The notes under the pieces: generated by a model
The model's input: the letters and a program-made list of their open reading frames with translations, nothing else
The model's database searches: none
Told to the model about the DNA's origin: nothing
Virus record (IMG/VR): IMGVR_UViG_3300032225_001437
Coordinates: 1 to 64,000 of that record
Reading direction: 5' to 3' (one strand)
DNA: 64,000 bases
DNA from: a virus
Lineage: Duplodnaviria > Caudoviricetes
Shown here: one piece after another, positions 40,554-48,909 of the stretch
Layout: every line of letters begins with the position of its first letter
How positions within the stretch are numbered: position 1 is the stretch's first letter
Program-made: the position numbers and the translations under genes

Positions 40554-40775
40554 TCATTTTACCTTGGCCATGTATTGAAGCATGTCAATTTTACCTTGTT
40601 GCATTTCTAACAAGGCATCAACTGGAGTAACATACGCACCGGTTTCTCGTGCTCGACGCTTGAGTTCACGCAGACGTTGTGATACAGCAACGATCATGTC
40701 GTAACGAGAGCCAGCAAGCCCTACACATTTTTCAAGATCAACTTGGCTACTACGACTATCAACGATTGGTTTCAT
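40554..40775 (-). CDS. rpoZ: RNA polymerase omega subunit-like protein
   Basis: C....GSRYDMIVAVSQRLREL...PVDALLEMQQGKI matches the omega pattern (NRF.L...A..RAR.L..P...AL.EI..G). Confidence 0.65.
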   Translation of the reverse strand: MKPIVDSRSSQVDLEKCVGLAGSRYDMIVAVSQRLRELKRRARETGAYVTPVDALLEMQQGKIDMLQYMAKVK

Positions 40776-40798
40776 ATCTTCTCCTGTTGTAAATGTAT

Positions 40799-40827
40799 AT
40801 TATACACTAAAAAATACTGACAGTCAA
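40799..40827 (-). promoter_or_regulatory. sigma70-type promoter
   Basis: TTGACT-17-TATAAT. Confidence 0.75.
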
Positions 40828-40844
40828 GCATTAATTTTTAAAAC

Positions 40845-40921
40845 TGGTGCCCCGGGAAGGATTTGAACCTTCAACAGCTCCCTTCTGAGGAGAGTGCGTC
40901 TACCAATTGCGCCACCGGGGT
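40845..40921 (-). tRNA. tRNA-Leu(CAG), short variable loop
   Basis: CTCTC-CTCAGAA-GGGAG, Leu-type D loop, A73, CCA. Confidence 0.8.
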
Positions 40922-40935
40922 CGACGTATTTAATA

Positions 40936-41013
40936 TGGAGCAACGGGCTGGATTTGAACCAGCGGTTTTAGGGATTTGCAATCCCTTGCATTGGGCCGCT
41001 CTGCCACCGTTGC
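40936..41013 (-). tRNA. tRNA-Cys(GCA)
   Basis: Cloverleaf, U73. Confidence 0.92.
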
Positions 41014-41021
41014 CTTGCTAC

Positions 41022-41096
41022 TGGGGTACTGTAAGAGTATCGATCTCTTGCTACGAGCTCCACAAACTCGGGTGCTACCATTACACCAACAATACC
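41022..41096 (-). tRNA. tRNA-His(GUG)
   Basis: G-1:C73, anticodon GTG, T loop ATCGATA. Confidence 0.88.
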
Positions 41097-41102
41097 ATTG
41101 TC

Positions 41103-41176
41103 TGGAGCGGGATATCGGAATCGAACCGATGACGAAAGATTGGAAATCTTTAGTTTTGCCCCTAAACTAATCCCGC
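41103..41176 (-). tRNA. tRNA-Gly(UCC)
   Basis: GCGGGA acceptor, U73. Confidence 0.93.
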
Positions 41177-41184
41177 ATAAAAAC

Positions 41185-41269
41185 TGGTGCGACTGGCCAG
41201 AATCGAACTGGCACGCCCGCAAGCGAGAGATTTTAAGTCTCTTGTGTCTACCTATTTCACCACAGTCGC
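41185..41269 (-). tRNA. tRNA-Leu(UAA)
   Basis: Long variable arm, A73. Confidence 0.93.
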
Positions 41270-41289
41270 AAAATATCTCTCTAACTAAC

Positions 41290-41364
41290 TGGCACTCGGA
41301 AGGGGAATCGAACCCCTCTTCCCGCCGTGAAAGGGCGGTGTCCTAACCGATAGACGACCCGAGC
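41290..41364 (-). tRNA. tRNA-Glu(UUC)
   Basis: CCGCC-CTTTCAC-GGCGG. Confidence 0.93.
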
Positions 41365-41371
41365 GTAAATC

Positions 41372-41456
41372 TGGTGGAGAATACTGGGATCGAACCAGTC
41401 GTACCCGAAGGCGGCGGATTTACAGTCCACTGCATCACCATTGATGCTTCTTCTCC
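41372..41456 (-). tRNA. tRNA-Tyr(GUA)
   Basis: GTGGA-CTGTAAA-TCCGC, long variable arm. Confidence 0.88.
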
Positions 41457-41461
41457 AAAAA

Positions 41462-41530
41462 CATATAAGAACACACTCACGTTTCTAGTGTCTCTGTTGG
41501 CTATGGGCCAACCGAATGTGTTCATATATG
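41462..41530 (-). ncRNA. Long-stem small RNA candidate within the tRNA array
   Basis: CATATAAGAACACACTC...GAATGTGTTCATATATG imperfect terminal inverted repeat. Confidence 0.45.
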
Positions 41531-41760
41531 CTCTTCAGCCCCCGGCGGTCAACTATATTCTAAACTCTGCAACACCCTACTGGTGTCGCCTCTGGTTGGC
41601 CGATCAGCCTCAGCAGAGAAACAAGTTAGACCTCATCCGCTACACGACAGGGCTCGTTATCGCATTGCCAGCGCCAGTTGGGGTTAGACTGGGACCACCC
41701 GTAGCAGTCAGCTACTTCTCATCGTGTGGGTCACACTAGCCGACGACACTCGGCACGTTC
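41530..41760 (-). ncRNA. About 230-nt structured RNA candidate
   Basis: GC-richer than flanks, no credible ORF, multiple stems and a potential pseudoknot, lies between tRNA-Pro and tRNA-Tyr. Confidence 0.6.
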
Positions 41761-41761
41761 T

Positions 41762-41838
41762 TGGTCGGAGTACGAGGGTTCGAACCTCGGACCTCCTGGT
41801 CCCAAACCAGGCGCACTACCAGGCTGTGCTATACTCCG
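41762..41838 (-). tRNA. tRNA-Pro(UGG)
   Basis: CGGAG acceptor, anticodon TGG. Confidence 0.94.
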
Positions 41839-41840
41839 AC

Positions 41841-42044
41841 TTATTTCTTATCAAACTTGGGATCTTCGTAGATCACTTCTTTTTCTTCTTTATGCATGTA
41901 GTCTGGAAGCAAATTCCAACCCCAACTTTTCCAATACTTGTAAATGATATTATTAATAACCACCGCAGCGATTACAATAATAATAAATCCAAGTGCTGTC
42001 AAAATACTACCTGCTAAAAACACTGCCGCCTGATCAATATCCAT
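41841..42044 (-). CDS. Small membrane protein
   Basis: GAGG SD, single TM helix. Confidence 0.65.
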   Translation of the reverse strand: MDIDQAAVFLAGSILTALGFIIIVIAAVVINNIIYKYWKSWGWNLLPDYMHKEEKEVIYEDPKFDKK

Positions 42045-42057
42045 GTTTACCTCTTAA

Positions 42058-42131
42058 TGGTTGCGGGTCCTGGAATCGCACCAGGGACTAGAGCTTATGA
42101 GACTCTCGAGATACTCCTTCTCCAACCCGCG
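42058..42131 (-). tRNA. tRNA-Met(CAU), initiator-like
   Basis: C1:A72 mismatch, CGCGGG 5' end. Confidence 0.85.
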
Positions 42132-42143
42132 ATCGAAAACACT

Positions 42144-42172
42144 ATTTTACACTAACTGCTATACCTTGTCAA
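42144..42172 (-). promoter_or_regulatory. sigma70-type promoter inside the tRNA array
   Basis: TTGACA-17-TAAAAT. Confidence 0.7.
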
Positions 42173-42180
42173 ACTGTTTC

Positions 42181-42254
42181 TGGCGAATCCCCAGAGACTC
42201 GAACTCCGACGAACGGTTTTGGAGACCGTTATGCTGCCATTACATCAGGGACTC
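42181..42254 (-). tRNA. tRNA-Trp(CCA)
   Basis: ACGGT-CTCCAAA-ACCGT, G73. Confidence 0.92.
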
Positions 42255-42260
42255 AACTTC

Positions 42261-42335
42261 TGGCGGTCTCGACGAGAATCGAACTCGTCCCATCCCCGTG
42301 ACAGGGGGATATTCTAACCAATAAACTACGAGACC
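42261..42335 (-). tRNA. tRNA-Asp(GUC)
   Basis: TCCCC-CTGTCAC-GGGGA, G73. Confidence 0.93.
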
Positions 42336-42345
42336 GTTTAAAACT

Positions 42346-42951
42346 TTACATCGCAGGACCGTTGCCGTTCCTGAATCCAACTTCACCACCTTCTGCTTCG
42401 ATGCGTCGGATCACGTCTTCAAACAAGATCGGAGCAAAATCAGTTTGTTCCACGCAAACGCAATGATAACGAACATCATTCTCGTCACTGTATAAAACTT
42501 CACCGGTCTTAGCATCGACACCACGAGCCCGCTTGACACGATTTGCGTGTAAGTGTCCATGGATGTTGACACCAAAACGACCAAGGCTTTCTGCGTGAAC
42601 AGGAATATGACTCAATATCATTCCGTTCATGACATGATATGCTCTAAGCTCACGAAAGTGTTCACGATATTCCTCATCACGAAAAATGTCGTGGTTACCA
42701 CGGATTAAGATCTTGTCGCCGTTTAAGCGACTCATGATCTTTAATGCCTTGCGGTTGATGACAACGTCGCCTAAGTGGTAGACCTTGTCAGTGGGCTTGA
42801 CTCTTTCGTTCCAAGCCTTGACCATAGCTTCGTCCATTTCCTCAGGACTATCCCAAGGACGTAACTTTGTAACACCGTCATTACGGGTGAAGCGGCAGAC
42901 GCCGGTATGTCCGAAATGTGTGTCGCTTACTAAAAATACACTAGGCATCAT
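42346..42951 (-). CDS. Calcineurin-like metallophosphoesterase
   Basis: SDTHFGH, LGD, GNHD, HGHLH. Confidence 0.92.
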   Translation of the reverse strand: MMPSVFLVSDTHFGHTGVCRFTRNDGVTKLRPWDSPEEMDEAMVKAWNERVKPTDKVYHLGDVVINRKALKIMSRLNGDKILIRGNHDIFRDEEYREHFRELRAYHVMNGMILSHIPVHAESLGRFGVNIHGHLHANRVKRARGVDAKTGEVLYSDENDVRYHCVCVEQTDFAPILFEDVIRRIEAEGGEVGFRNGNGPAM

Positions 42952-42979
42952 GCCCTCCTTTCTTTTAACTGTTACTATT

Positions 42980-43008
42980 ATTATAGCAAATGGACTATTT
43001 TGGGTCAA
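42980..43008 (-). promoter_or_regulatory. sigma70-type early promoter repeat
   Basis: TTGACC-17-TATAAT. Confidence 0.8.
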
Positions 43009-43039
43009 CCTACTAATTTGTAATACTTTTGTATTAACG

Positions 43040-43345
43040 TCAAGCAGTCAGCCACTTTTCATTGGATTCCAATACCAGACTTTCTGCTCCATCATATTCA
43101 TCAATGCGGAAACGAGCTCCTGCTGGCACCCACTTTACTTCTAAATCTTTCAGCCCTCCGCAATACACATCTGGATACTTTAATTCCATATAGGTAACAA
43201 TTTTATCAAAATTTTCTTGCTCAACCCACTCTACAATGCTAGGATCATAGATCAATTGTTCATTGCCGTGCCAGGTATACCAACCAGCACCGTAGCCAGG
43301 GCTTACCAACACAGCTACTCGACCATCACGAATTAATTTTTTCAT
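43040..43345 (-). CDS. Hypothetical protein
   Basis: VLVSPGYGAGW...EYDGAE. Confidence 0.75.
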   Translation of the reverse strand: MKKLIRDGRVAVLVSPGYGAGWYTWHGNEQLIYDPSIVEWVEQENFDKIVTYMELKYPDVYCGGLKDLEVKWVPAGARFRIDEYDGAESLVLESNEKWLTA

Positions 43346-43496
43346 TGTTTTTTAATTTCTTTACTGCATCAATTTGTGCTATCATCGCTTCGACCTGTGC
43401 TCGGGCCCGAGCGACCTTACTCTCAAGCAAGGCCATACGTTCTTCTGGATTTAAAAAAAATTTATTTTCTTTGTTGTCTGTCATATTTTTCTCTCA

Positions 43497-43570
43497 ATAA
43501 AAAACCCCGGACTGTTTAGTTTCGGGGTTGTTGAATAAAGTTAAAACTTACTGCTATTCAAAACCCACCC
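43497..43570 (-). terminator. Overlapping antiterminator/terminator (attenuator)
   Basis: Terminator AACCCCG..CGGGGTT-TTTT; competing 13-bp stem GGGTTTTGAATAG/TTATTCAACAACCC. Confidence 0.75.
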
Positions 43571-43649
43571 TACAATCTTCACAGCCATAGACCCACAGTC
43601 CAATTATTGGATTGTTTGCTAAAGAAGGATGCAAGTTATTAATCATCAT
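43554..43649 (-). CDS. Putative leaderless attenuator leader peptide MMINNLHPSLANNPIIGLWVYGCEDCRVGFE
   Basis: ATG 7 nt after the -10; stop codon lies in the antiterminator 5' arm. Confidence 0.7.
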   Translation of the reverse strand: MMINNLHPSLANNPIIGLWVYGCEDCRVGFE

Positions 43650-43656
43650 AGTAAGT

Positions 43657-43685
43657 ATTATACAGGTTTATTTATGCCGTGTCAA
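43657..43685 (-). promoter_or_regulatory. Perfect sigma70 consensus promoter with an embedded CATAAATA late-like motif
   Basis: TTGACA-17-TATAAT. Confidence 0.85.
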
Positions 43686-43703
43686 CCAGCGTATTGCCAA
43701 AAT

Positions 43704-43726
43704 AAAAGGCCCCGAAGGGCCTTTTT
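43704..43726. terminator. Bidirectional Rho-independent terminator
   Basis: AAAAGGCCC-CGAA-GGGCCTTTTT. Confidence 0.85.
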
Positions 43727-43750
43727 GAGAACTCTAATCAAACTGTTTGA

Positions 43751-44476
43751 TTAGAATGATTTTGCTACAGAGAAAACTGCGGCATTGCGATACAACTTTT
43801 GACCATTTACGGTGTTGGCTGTGTTGAACGCTGTAGTCTTGTCGCCGTTGGTGTAATACTTGGCGGCCAAGTTCCAACCTTGTAAGTCGTAACCTACACC
43901 AAAGTTGTAGTCGTTATAGTCCAATGAAGAACTATTAGCAACATTAGTCTTACCTGCGTGAGCAAGCAAACTGATCTTTGAACCAGCGATTGGATATGCT
44001 ACATCAGCTTGGTAGTATGCTGTGCCTTGAGCATTGGCTGTACCAAAGTAGCCATTACCCAATGTACGATTATACTTGACGCTTACTGGACCATAACCTA
44101 GACCAACATAACCTTCGTATGTGTCAAAGTTTGAACCTGTACGAGCTGAGGTAGTGGCACGTGGATAAAAATAATTATAAGAACCAACATCAAGTGTTAG
44201 ACCTTTGTAAATATCTTTCTTCCAACCAGCATATACATCTGACTCAACACCTGAACCGTTTGTGTAAACTTGTGAGCTTACTGAACTGTTCCAGTTACCG
44301 ATATAGAAACCGCTTGAGTGAGCGTAGTCAATACCGCCTTGGACAGCAGGAGCATTTTGGGATTGGCTGATACCACGGAAGCGGTAGTCTGAGGTCAATC
44401 CTAAATTGCCAGATACTTGAGCGTGAGCTGAAGTAATGCCAGCCAATACGAATAATGCTAATAATAATTTCTTCAT
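43751..44476 (-). CDS. TorF-family putative outer-membrane porin
   Basis: Signal peptide, TSDYRFRGISQ..PAVQGGIDY..GFYIGNW, C-terminal Phe. Confidence 0.88.
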   Translation of the reverse strand: MKKLLLALFVLAGITSAHAQVSGNLGLTSDYRFRGISQSQNAPAVQGGIDYAHSSGFYIGNWNSSVSSQVYTNGSGVESDVYAGWKKDIYKGLTLDVGSYNYFYPRATTSARTGSNFDTYEGYVGLGYGPVSVKYNRTLGNGYFGTANAQGTAYYQADVAYPIAGSKISLLAHAGKTNVANSSSLDYNDYNFGVGYDLQGWNLAAKYYTNGDKTTAFNTANTVNGQKLYRNAAVFSVAKSF

Positions 44477-44596
44477 TTGTTTTATTTCCTTTTAAAAGTA
44501 ATGCTTAGAATAATATTTAGTGGTTTTTACTAGTGGCCAGTAATTTTTGCACACTTTCCTGCCATTTTTATAGTTAACGGCGTAGTTAACTAAGTT

Positions 44597-44623
44597 AAAA
44601 GAAACCCGCCGAAGCGGGTTCTT
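44597..44623 (-). terminator. Terminator of the tmRNA gene
   Basis: AACCCGC-TTCG-GCGGGTT-TCTTTT. Confidence 0.85.
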
Positions 44624-44624
44624 A

Positions 44625-44935
44625 CTATTTTCTGTTACGAGGTATAATTACCCTAAGCAGTGATTAAACTGCTAAAGATTGGCGTTGTGCTGAACGAGCA
44701 GAGAACTTGACGTTCTTACCAGATACAGTTACTTCGCCTTTAGATGCGTTTGCATTTAAAGTATTTGCTTGATTTACAGTCATCGCCTACTGTGTTGCCT
44801 CTTTCGCTATCTCACCATGTCGAATCCAAATACAGGCCCACCTAAATATACTATATCAATATACTTAGGTGGACCTGCCCGGGGTCGAACCGGGGTCCAC
44901 AGTGCCTTCACTACGAAGGAATTACAACAATTCTT
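44625..44935 (-). ncRNA. ssrA: Circularly permuted (two-piece) tmRNA; tag ANASKGEVTVSGKNVKFSARSAQRQSLAV (44664-44753)
   Basis: T arm and CAGGTCC-A come first, then a hairpin spacer, then GGGCCTG..GGATTCGAC; G3:U70, A73; TAAAT-GCA-AAC resume context. Confidence 0.9.
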
Positions 44936-44944
44936 TATTTAATG

Positions 44945-45214
44945 TTAAACAGCTTCGGCTGTTGCAGCCGTTGGTGCTGGACTAAATCCGTTGCAAAGTG
45001 CTACATACCCAGTTGCATCATTAATATCTGACCAACGATTTACATAGGTAAGCGTAGGTTCATTAAACATATCTACTCCAACTTGGCGACCTGCGGCAAT
45101 AACATCTTTTTTAAAGTTGCTTATTGCTAGCTGTTCTGATGCAGTAACTGGTCTGCCAAAAACTATAGTGCTTTGAGCGTTGGCAAGAAATTGTGTCTGT
45201 GCTAATTTTGTCAT
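44945..45214 (-). CDS. Hypothetical protein
   Basis: AAGGAG SD, TAAATA upstream. Confidence 0.7.
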   Translation of the reverse strand: MTKLAQTQFLANAQSTIVFGRPVTASEQLAISNFKKDVIAAGRQVGVDMFNEPTLTYVNRWSDINDATGYVALCNGFSPAPTAATAEAV

Positions 45215-45268
45215 TGTAAAACTCCTTTTTGTTATGCGCTATTATTTACTAACAGCAGTATTAACTAC

Positions 45269-45472
45269 TTATGCAGGCACAATATTTGATGCCTGCTTGC
45301 CTTTTGGGCCTTGTACCAAATCAAATTTTACCACTTGATTTTCTTTCAATGTTTTAAATCCATTGATATTGATTGCTGAAAAATGTGCAAATACATCTTC
45401 TCCACCGTCGTCGGGTGTGATAAATCCAAAACCTTTTGCATCATTAAACCATTTTACTTTACCTACTACCAT
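45269..45472 (-). CDS. Cold-shock domain protein
   Basis: GKVKWFN, KGFGFI (RNP1), VFAHF (RNP2). Confidence 0.96.
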   Translation of the reverse strand: MVVGKVKWFNDAKGFGFITPDDGGEDVFAHFSAININGFKTLKENQVVKFDLVQGPKGKQASNIVPA

Positions 45473-45692
45473 AATATACTGCTTCCTTTTAAATTAATCA
45501 TGAGTGCTAATTATAGCCTTTTACAACATTGTTGTCAACCTTGGGATTACCTTTTGCATGAGCATCTAAAAAAGCACGATCACGCTCGGCCGGCAACTTT
45601 CCACAACTTAACCGATCCCATTCTTTTTCGGAATAGTAATACTGATTAACAGGTTTTTTCTGCTGTTCCACGATCATGTTATTTAGCGTGTT

Positions 45693-45767
45693 TGGTGGGC
45701 CAGCTTGGAATTGAACCAAGACTCGACCGATTATGAGTCGGTTGCTTTACCATTAAGCTACTGGCCC
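45693..45767 (-). tRNA. tRNA with CAU anticodon, probably Ile2 (lysidine) type
   Basis: G1:C72, C4:G69/C5:G68, ACCGA-CTCATAA-TCGGT. Confidence 0.75.
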
Positions 45768-45784
45768 TAGCGTATAGTATAACA

Positions 45785-47880
45785 CTAGGGCTCGTAGTTG
45801 TCAAGGAATTGTTGTAAATTTCCGTATAGGTTTACCATTACCGCTTCCCGGCTGCCAAAAAATATAATTTTTTTAGGTATGCCTTTGACTGCATGAATAT
45901 AGTAGGGCATTTGCATTTTGCGGTCTAATTTTAAGATAAGCTGTTTGTTAAACGTATGTGGATCGTCAATACTGTATGAGTAATGCTCTAGTTCCAGATC
46001 CTCAGCAAGTGTTTGATAACCAATGCTGGTCAATCTCATACCACCGTTGCGTCTTAAATTAAACCACCAACTGGGAACGGCACTTTCTACGCTGATACGT
46101 TGTTCATCGGGTAGTAGTGCAATTAACTCTTGTGTGAGTTTTCTTTTATCACGCACATCAAGGATAAATCGATTGCCCTGCTGTCAACAGAACCACAGTG
46201 AACTTTTCGGTTTTAAATTGCGTGTTTAATTTTTTTGCCAAGTTCTTGGCATGGCCAGGATTTGAGAATGAAACTTTTTTGTATTTTGGCCCGGGATATT
46301 GGACCAGGAGGTTTGATGTTTTGAGATTGATAGGCTTGGCGTCATAGAATACAGCCCACACACCTTCTGAAGCTAAAACCTGCTCACACTTATAGGTAGA
46401 CTTGTTTGTGTGCTCAATTAATACGTTGGGTTTTGGACGACTCATATCATTAAACTCCTATATTTTATTTATCTAGAAATATAGGTAGTTTTAGAATGTT
46501 CCGCCTTCCATTTTTACGGTGATTACTTCGGTGTCTTTTTGGAGGGTTTGCACTGTTTGTTCACGTAAAGCCTGAAGTTCTAATAAAAGTCTAGTGATGT
46601 CAGCGTGTAAGTCCTGAGCATCTTTAATGCTCATTATGAAGTCTCGAGCACCTCGGGCCTGCTGACCTTGAACTCGTTCAACAAATTTATTTAGATGAAT
46701 TGTCATGGGCTTCGTGTTCTGAGTAGTATGGACCTTGATACGGATAGCGTTGTAACACAATTAACTTTGGTGACAACACTGTTCGCCAATGACGACCTTT
46801 ACGAACATTATACCAACCGGCTGAAAACCAACTTTTACTTTTGTTGGTCTTGGTATAGACTGGTAGTTGTTGACTAACGTTCCACATGGGATTATATACT
46901 CGACCTGCGACTGGGTAGCCATGAACATGGTCCACGGTTGTCTTGGGTCGAGAAATTTTCACTGCCGGTTCAAATTCAATATTGGCAGTTCGGGCTGCAA
47001 TTTTTATAGTCTTATATTGTGCAATTTGATTGTTGATCTTTACTTGATAACCACCGTCGCAGGCCTCGATATTTCCGACCTTTTGATTATTTTCTTGTAG
47101 GATCCAAAACTGCTTGTCTACTACGGGCTTTGCTATTAATGTCATTTTGATGACTCCTTTTGTTTTTGTCTACACTCTTGTTTCATAGCCGGTGTGTAGT
47201 CCGGCGAAATTTCTGCAATGCGGCAATCATAGACCGCTTCATGGGGCAACACTGAATAAATGCCATATAACAAAGAAATTAGTGCGGCTCCTAATACAAA
47301 CAATATTGGCCACATGATTAAATGTTCTTTAATAGTTGTCATCGTATTCCATTGATTTCCATCCCAAGCTGTTTAAGTCTTGTTCGATTTCTTCTGTTAC
47401 AGTACCTTCGGGGACATAGCCAGTTCGTTGTTGCCATGCTTCGTTGGTTTCTTTACTGTCATACTCTTGATTCAGGCCGCCCATGCCCGAACAATACCAA
47501 TCAATGTAGTCACCCTTTTCCAGCATATCTGCAACAACCCCGCCGGCGTGTCGCCAACTGCACGACCAACGTTGGTCTTTGAGTATGGGCATAACTGCTA
47601 TTTTTTGAAACTGCATGTTGCACATGGCCGCATAGAGATTTTGTGCATAAGCATCACTGGCTTTGACCTTGTCGCAAATCCATTTGTTGCTGCGCAGATC
47701 ATACTCCAAGTTGTCTTGTTGCCACTCCGGGTCCACAAGATTTGCCTCATCTTGCTCCTTAGCTGATTTCCAAAAGTTTTCATAGAACTCTGGAACTTCC
47801 TTGTTATCTTCTGCGGCACGTTGCTTGGCAGCCTCAAGCTGGAAGGTATGTCGTTCAGGACTATTTGATACTTTCTTCAC
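45785..47880 (-). other. Six hypothetical ORFs (45785-46156, 46158-46445, 46491-46706, 46687-47145, 47142-47342, 47329-47880)
   Basis: Co-oriented tiling ORFs. Confidence 0.7.
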
Positions 47881-48874
47881 TCAATACACCTTTGTATGTT
47901 TCGTTCATCCAACGTCCAAAACTGTCGGCACTTTCACTGCACTTGTTCAATTCATACTTGCCGCAAAACTGCATAAAACGCACACCGACCTGTCCAATGT
48001 CCTTGTGACTGATCTGTTTACGTATGGCTGTGTCCACTGTGGCTTTGATTGCTTCAGGTTGTGCTGTTAAATCAATTAATTCTCGATTGCGTTCGTAATC
48101 ATCCAGCACTCGATGTTCTACACCATCTGGATCTGACCAGCGTTGCAGCATCATGTTGTTCCAATTATATCCGCGAGTTTTACGATCTTCAAACGCCTCC
48201 AAGAGACCAACTTTATTTTTTGTTCCTTTAGTTCGAACACCCGGATAAGCTGAAAACACATTGTCTGATGCGTCTCCTCGCATACACTTTTCAAAAAGTA
48301 ACCACTCCGGATTGGGAATTGTTTTAGCTTCTTTAGTTTTTTTATCGATGACCGCTTTACCTTTAGCATCGAAGATTCCTTCTATGGTGATTAGTTCGTC
48401 TGTGATACCGTTGTATTGTTTGACATTGGGTGCTACTAATTGAACAAAGTCGGTATCGCTACTGATAACAATATGTTCATCTTGGGGGTGTAGTGCGATC
48501 CAGCGAGCAATGATATCGTCGCCTTCTGCTGTGGGACATCTTACAACTGAGCAATTAGTCCGTTCAGACAAGTATTTAGTCAAATTATCATATGTTTCCC
48601 AGAACATTTTATCTTCTTCTGCTTGGGCTTCTGTCAAGGCCGCACGGGCTACAGCACGGTTATTTTTATAAGGTTTATAATAGTCCTTGCGCCAGCTTCG
48701 CCCTTCTAAGGCAAAAACCACATGATCTGCTTCAAAGCGGCGGGCCACTTTGTTGGCACTCATTAGGGTTACATGGAGGGCAAATCCAATTTTCTCCCAC
48801 GTGTCAGCGGCACGAAAAGCACCGTGTCTAGCACGAAAGAACATATTAGCCGTATCTATAAGAACATATTTCAT
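47861..48874 (-). CDS. rnh: T4-like RNase H / 5'-3' exonuclease
   Basis: LIDxxN, YKxNR, EGDDII, SSDTDF, GDASDN. Confidence 0.88.
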   Translation of the reverse strand: MKYVLIDTANMFFRARHGAFRAADTWEKIGFALHVTLMSANKVARRFEADHVVFALEGRSWRKDYYKPYKNNRAVARAALTEAQAEEDKMFWETYDNLTKYLSERTNCSVVRCPTAEGDDIIARWIALHPQDEHIVISSDTDFVQLVAPNVKQYNGITDELITIEGIFDAKGKAVIDKKTKEAKTIPNPEWLLFEKCMRGDASDNVFSAYPGVRTKGTKNKVGLLEAFEDRKTRGYNWNNMMLQRWSDPDGVEHRVLDDYERNRELIDLTAQPEAIKATVDTAIRKQISHKDIGQVGVRFMQFCGKYELNKCSESADSFGRWMNETYKGVLSEESIK

Positions 48875-48880
48875 ACTGCT

Positions 48881-48909
48881 AGTATAACAGATGTCGTCTA
48901 TTTTGTCAA
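48881..48909 (-). promoter_or_regulatory. sigma70-type promoter, leaderless rnh start
   Basis: TTGACA-17-TATACT, ATG 6 nt downstream. Confidence 0.7.

Noticed and set aside
40863-42324. ORF-track frames overlapping the tRNA array (e.g. 40863-41132, 41374-41739, 42061-42324)
   Set aside because: They overlay tRNA/ncRNA genes and show no protein-like features
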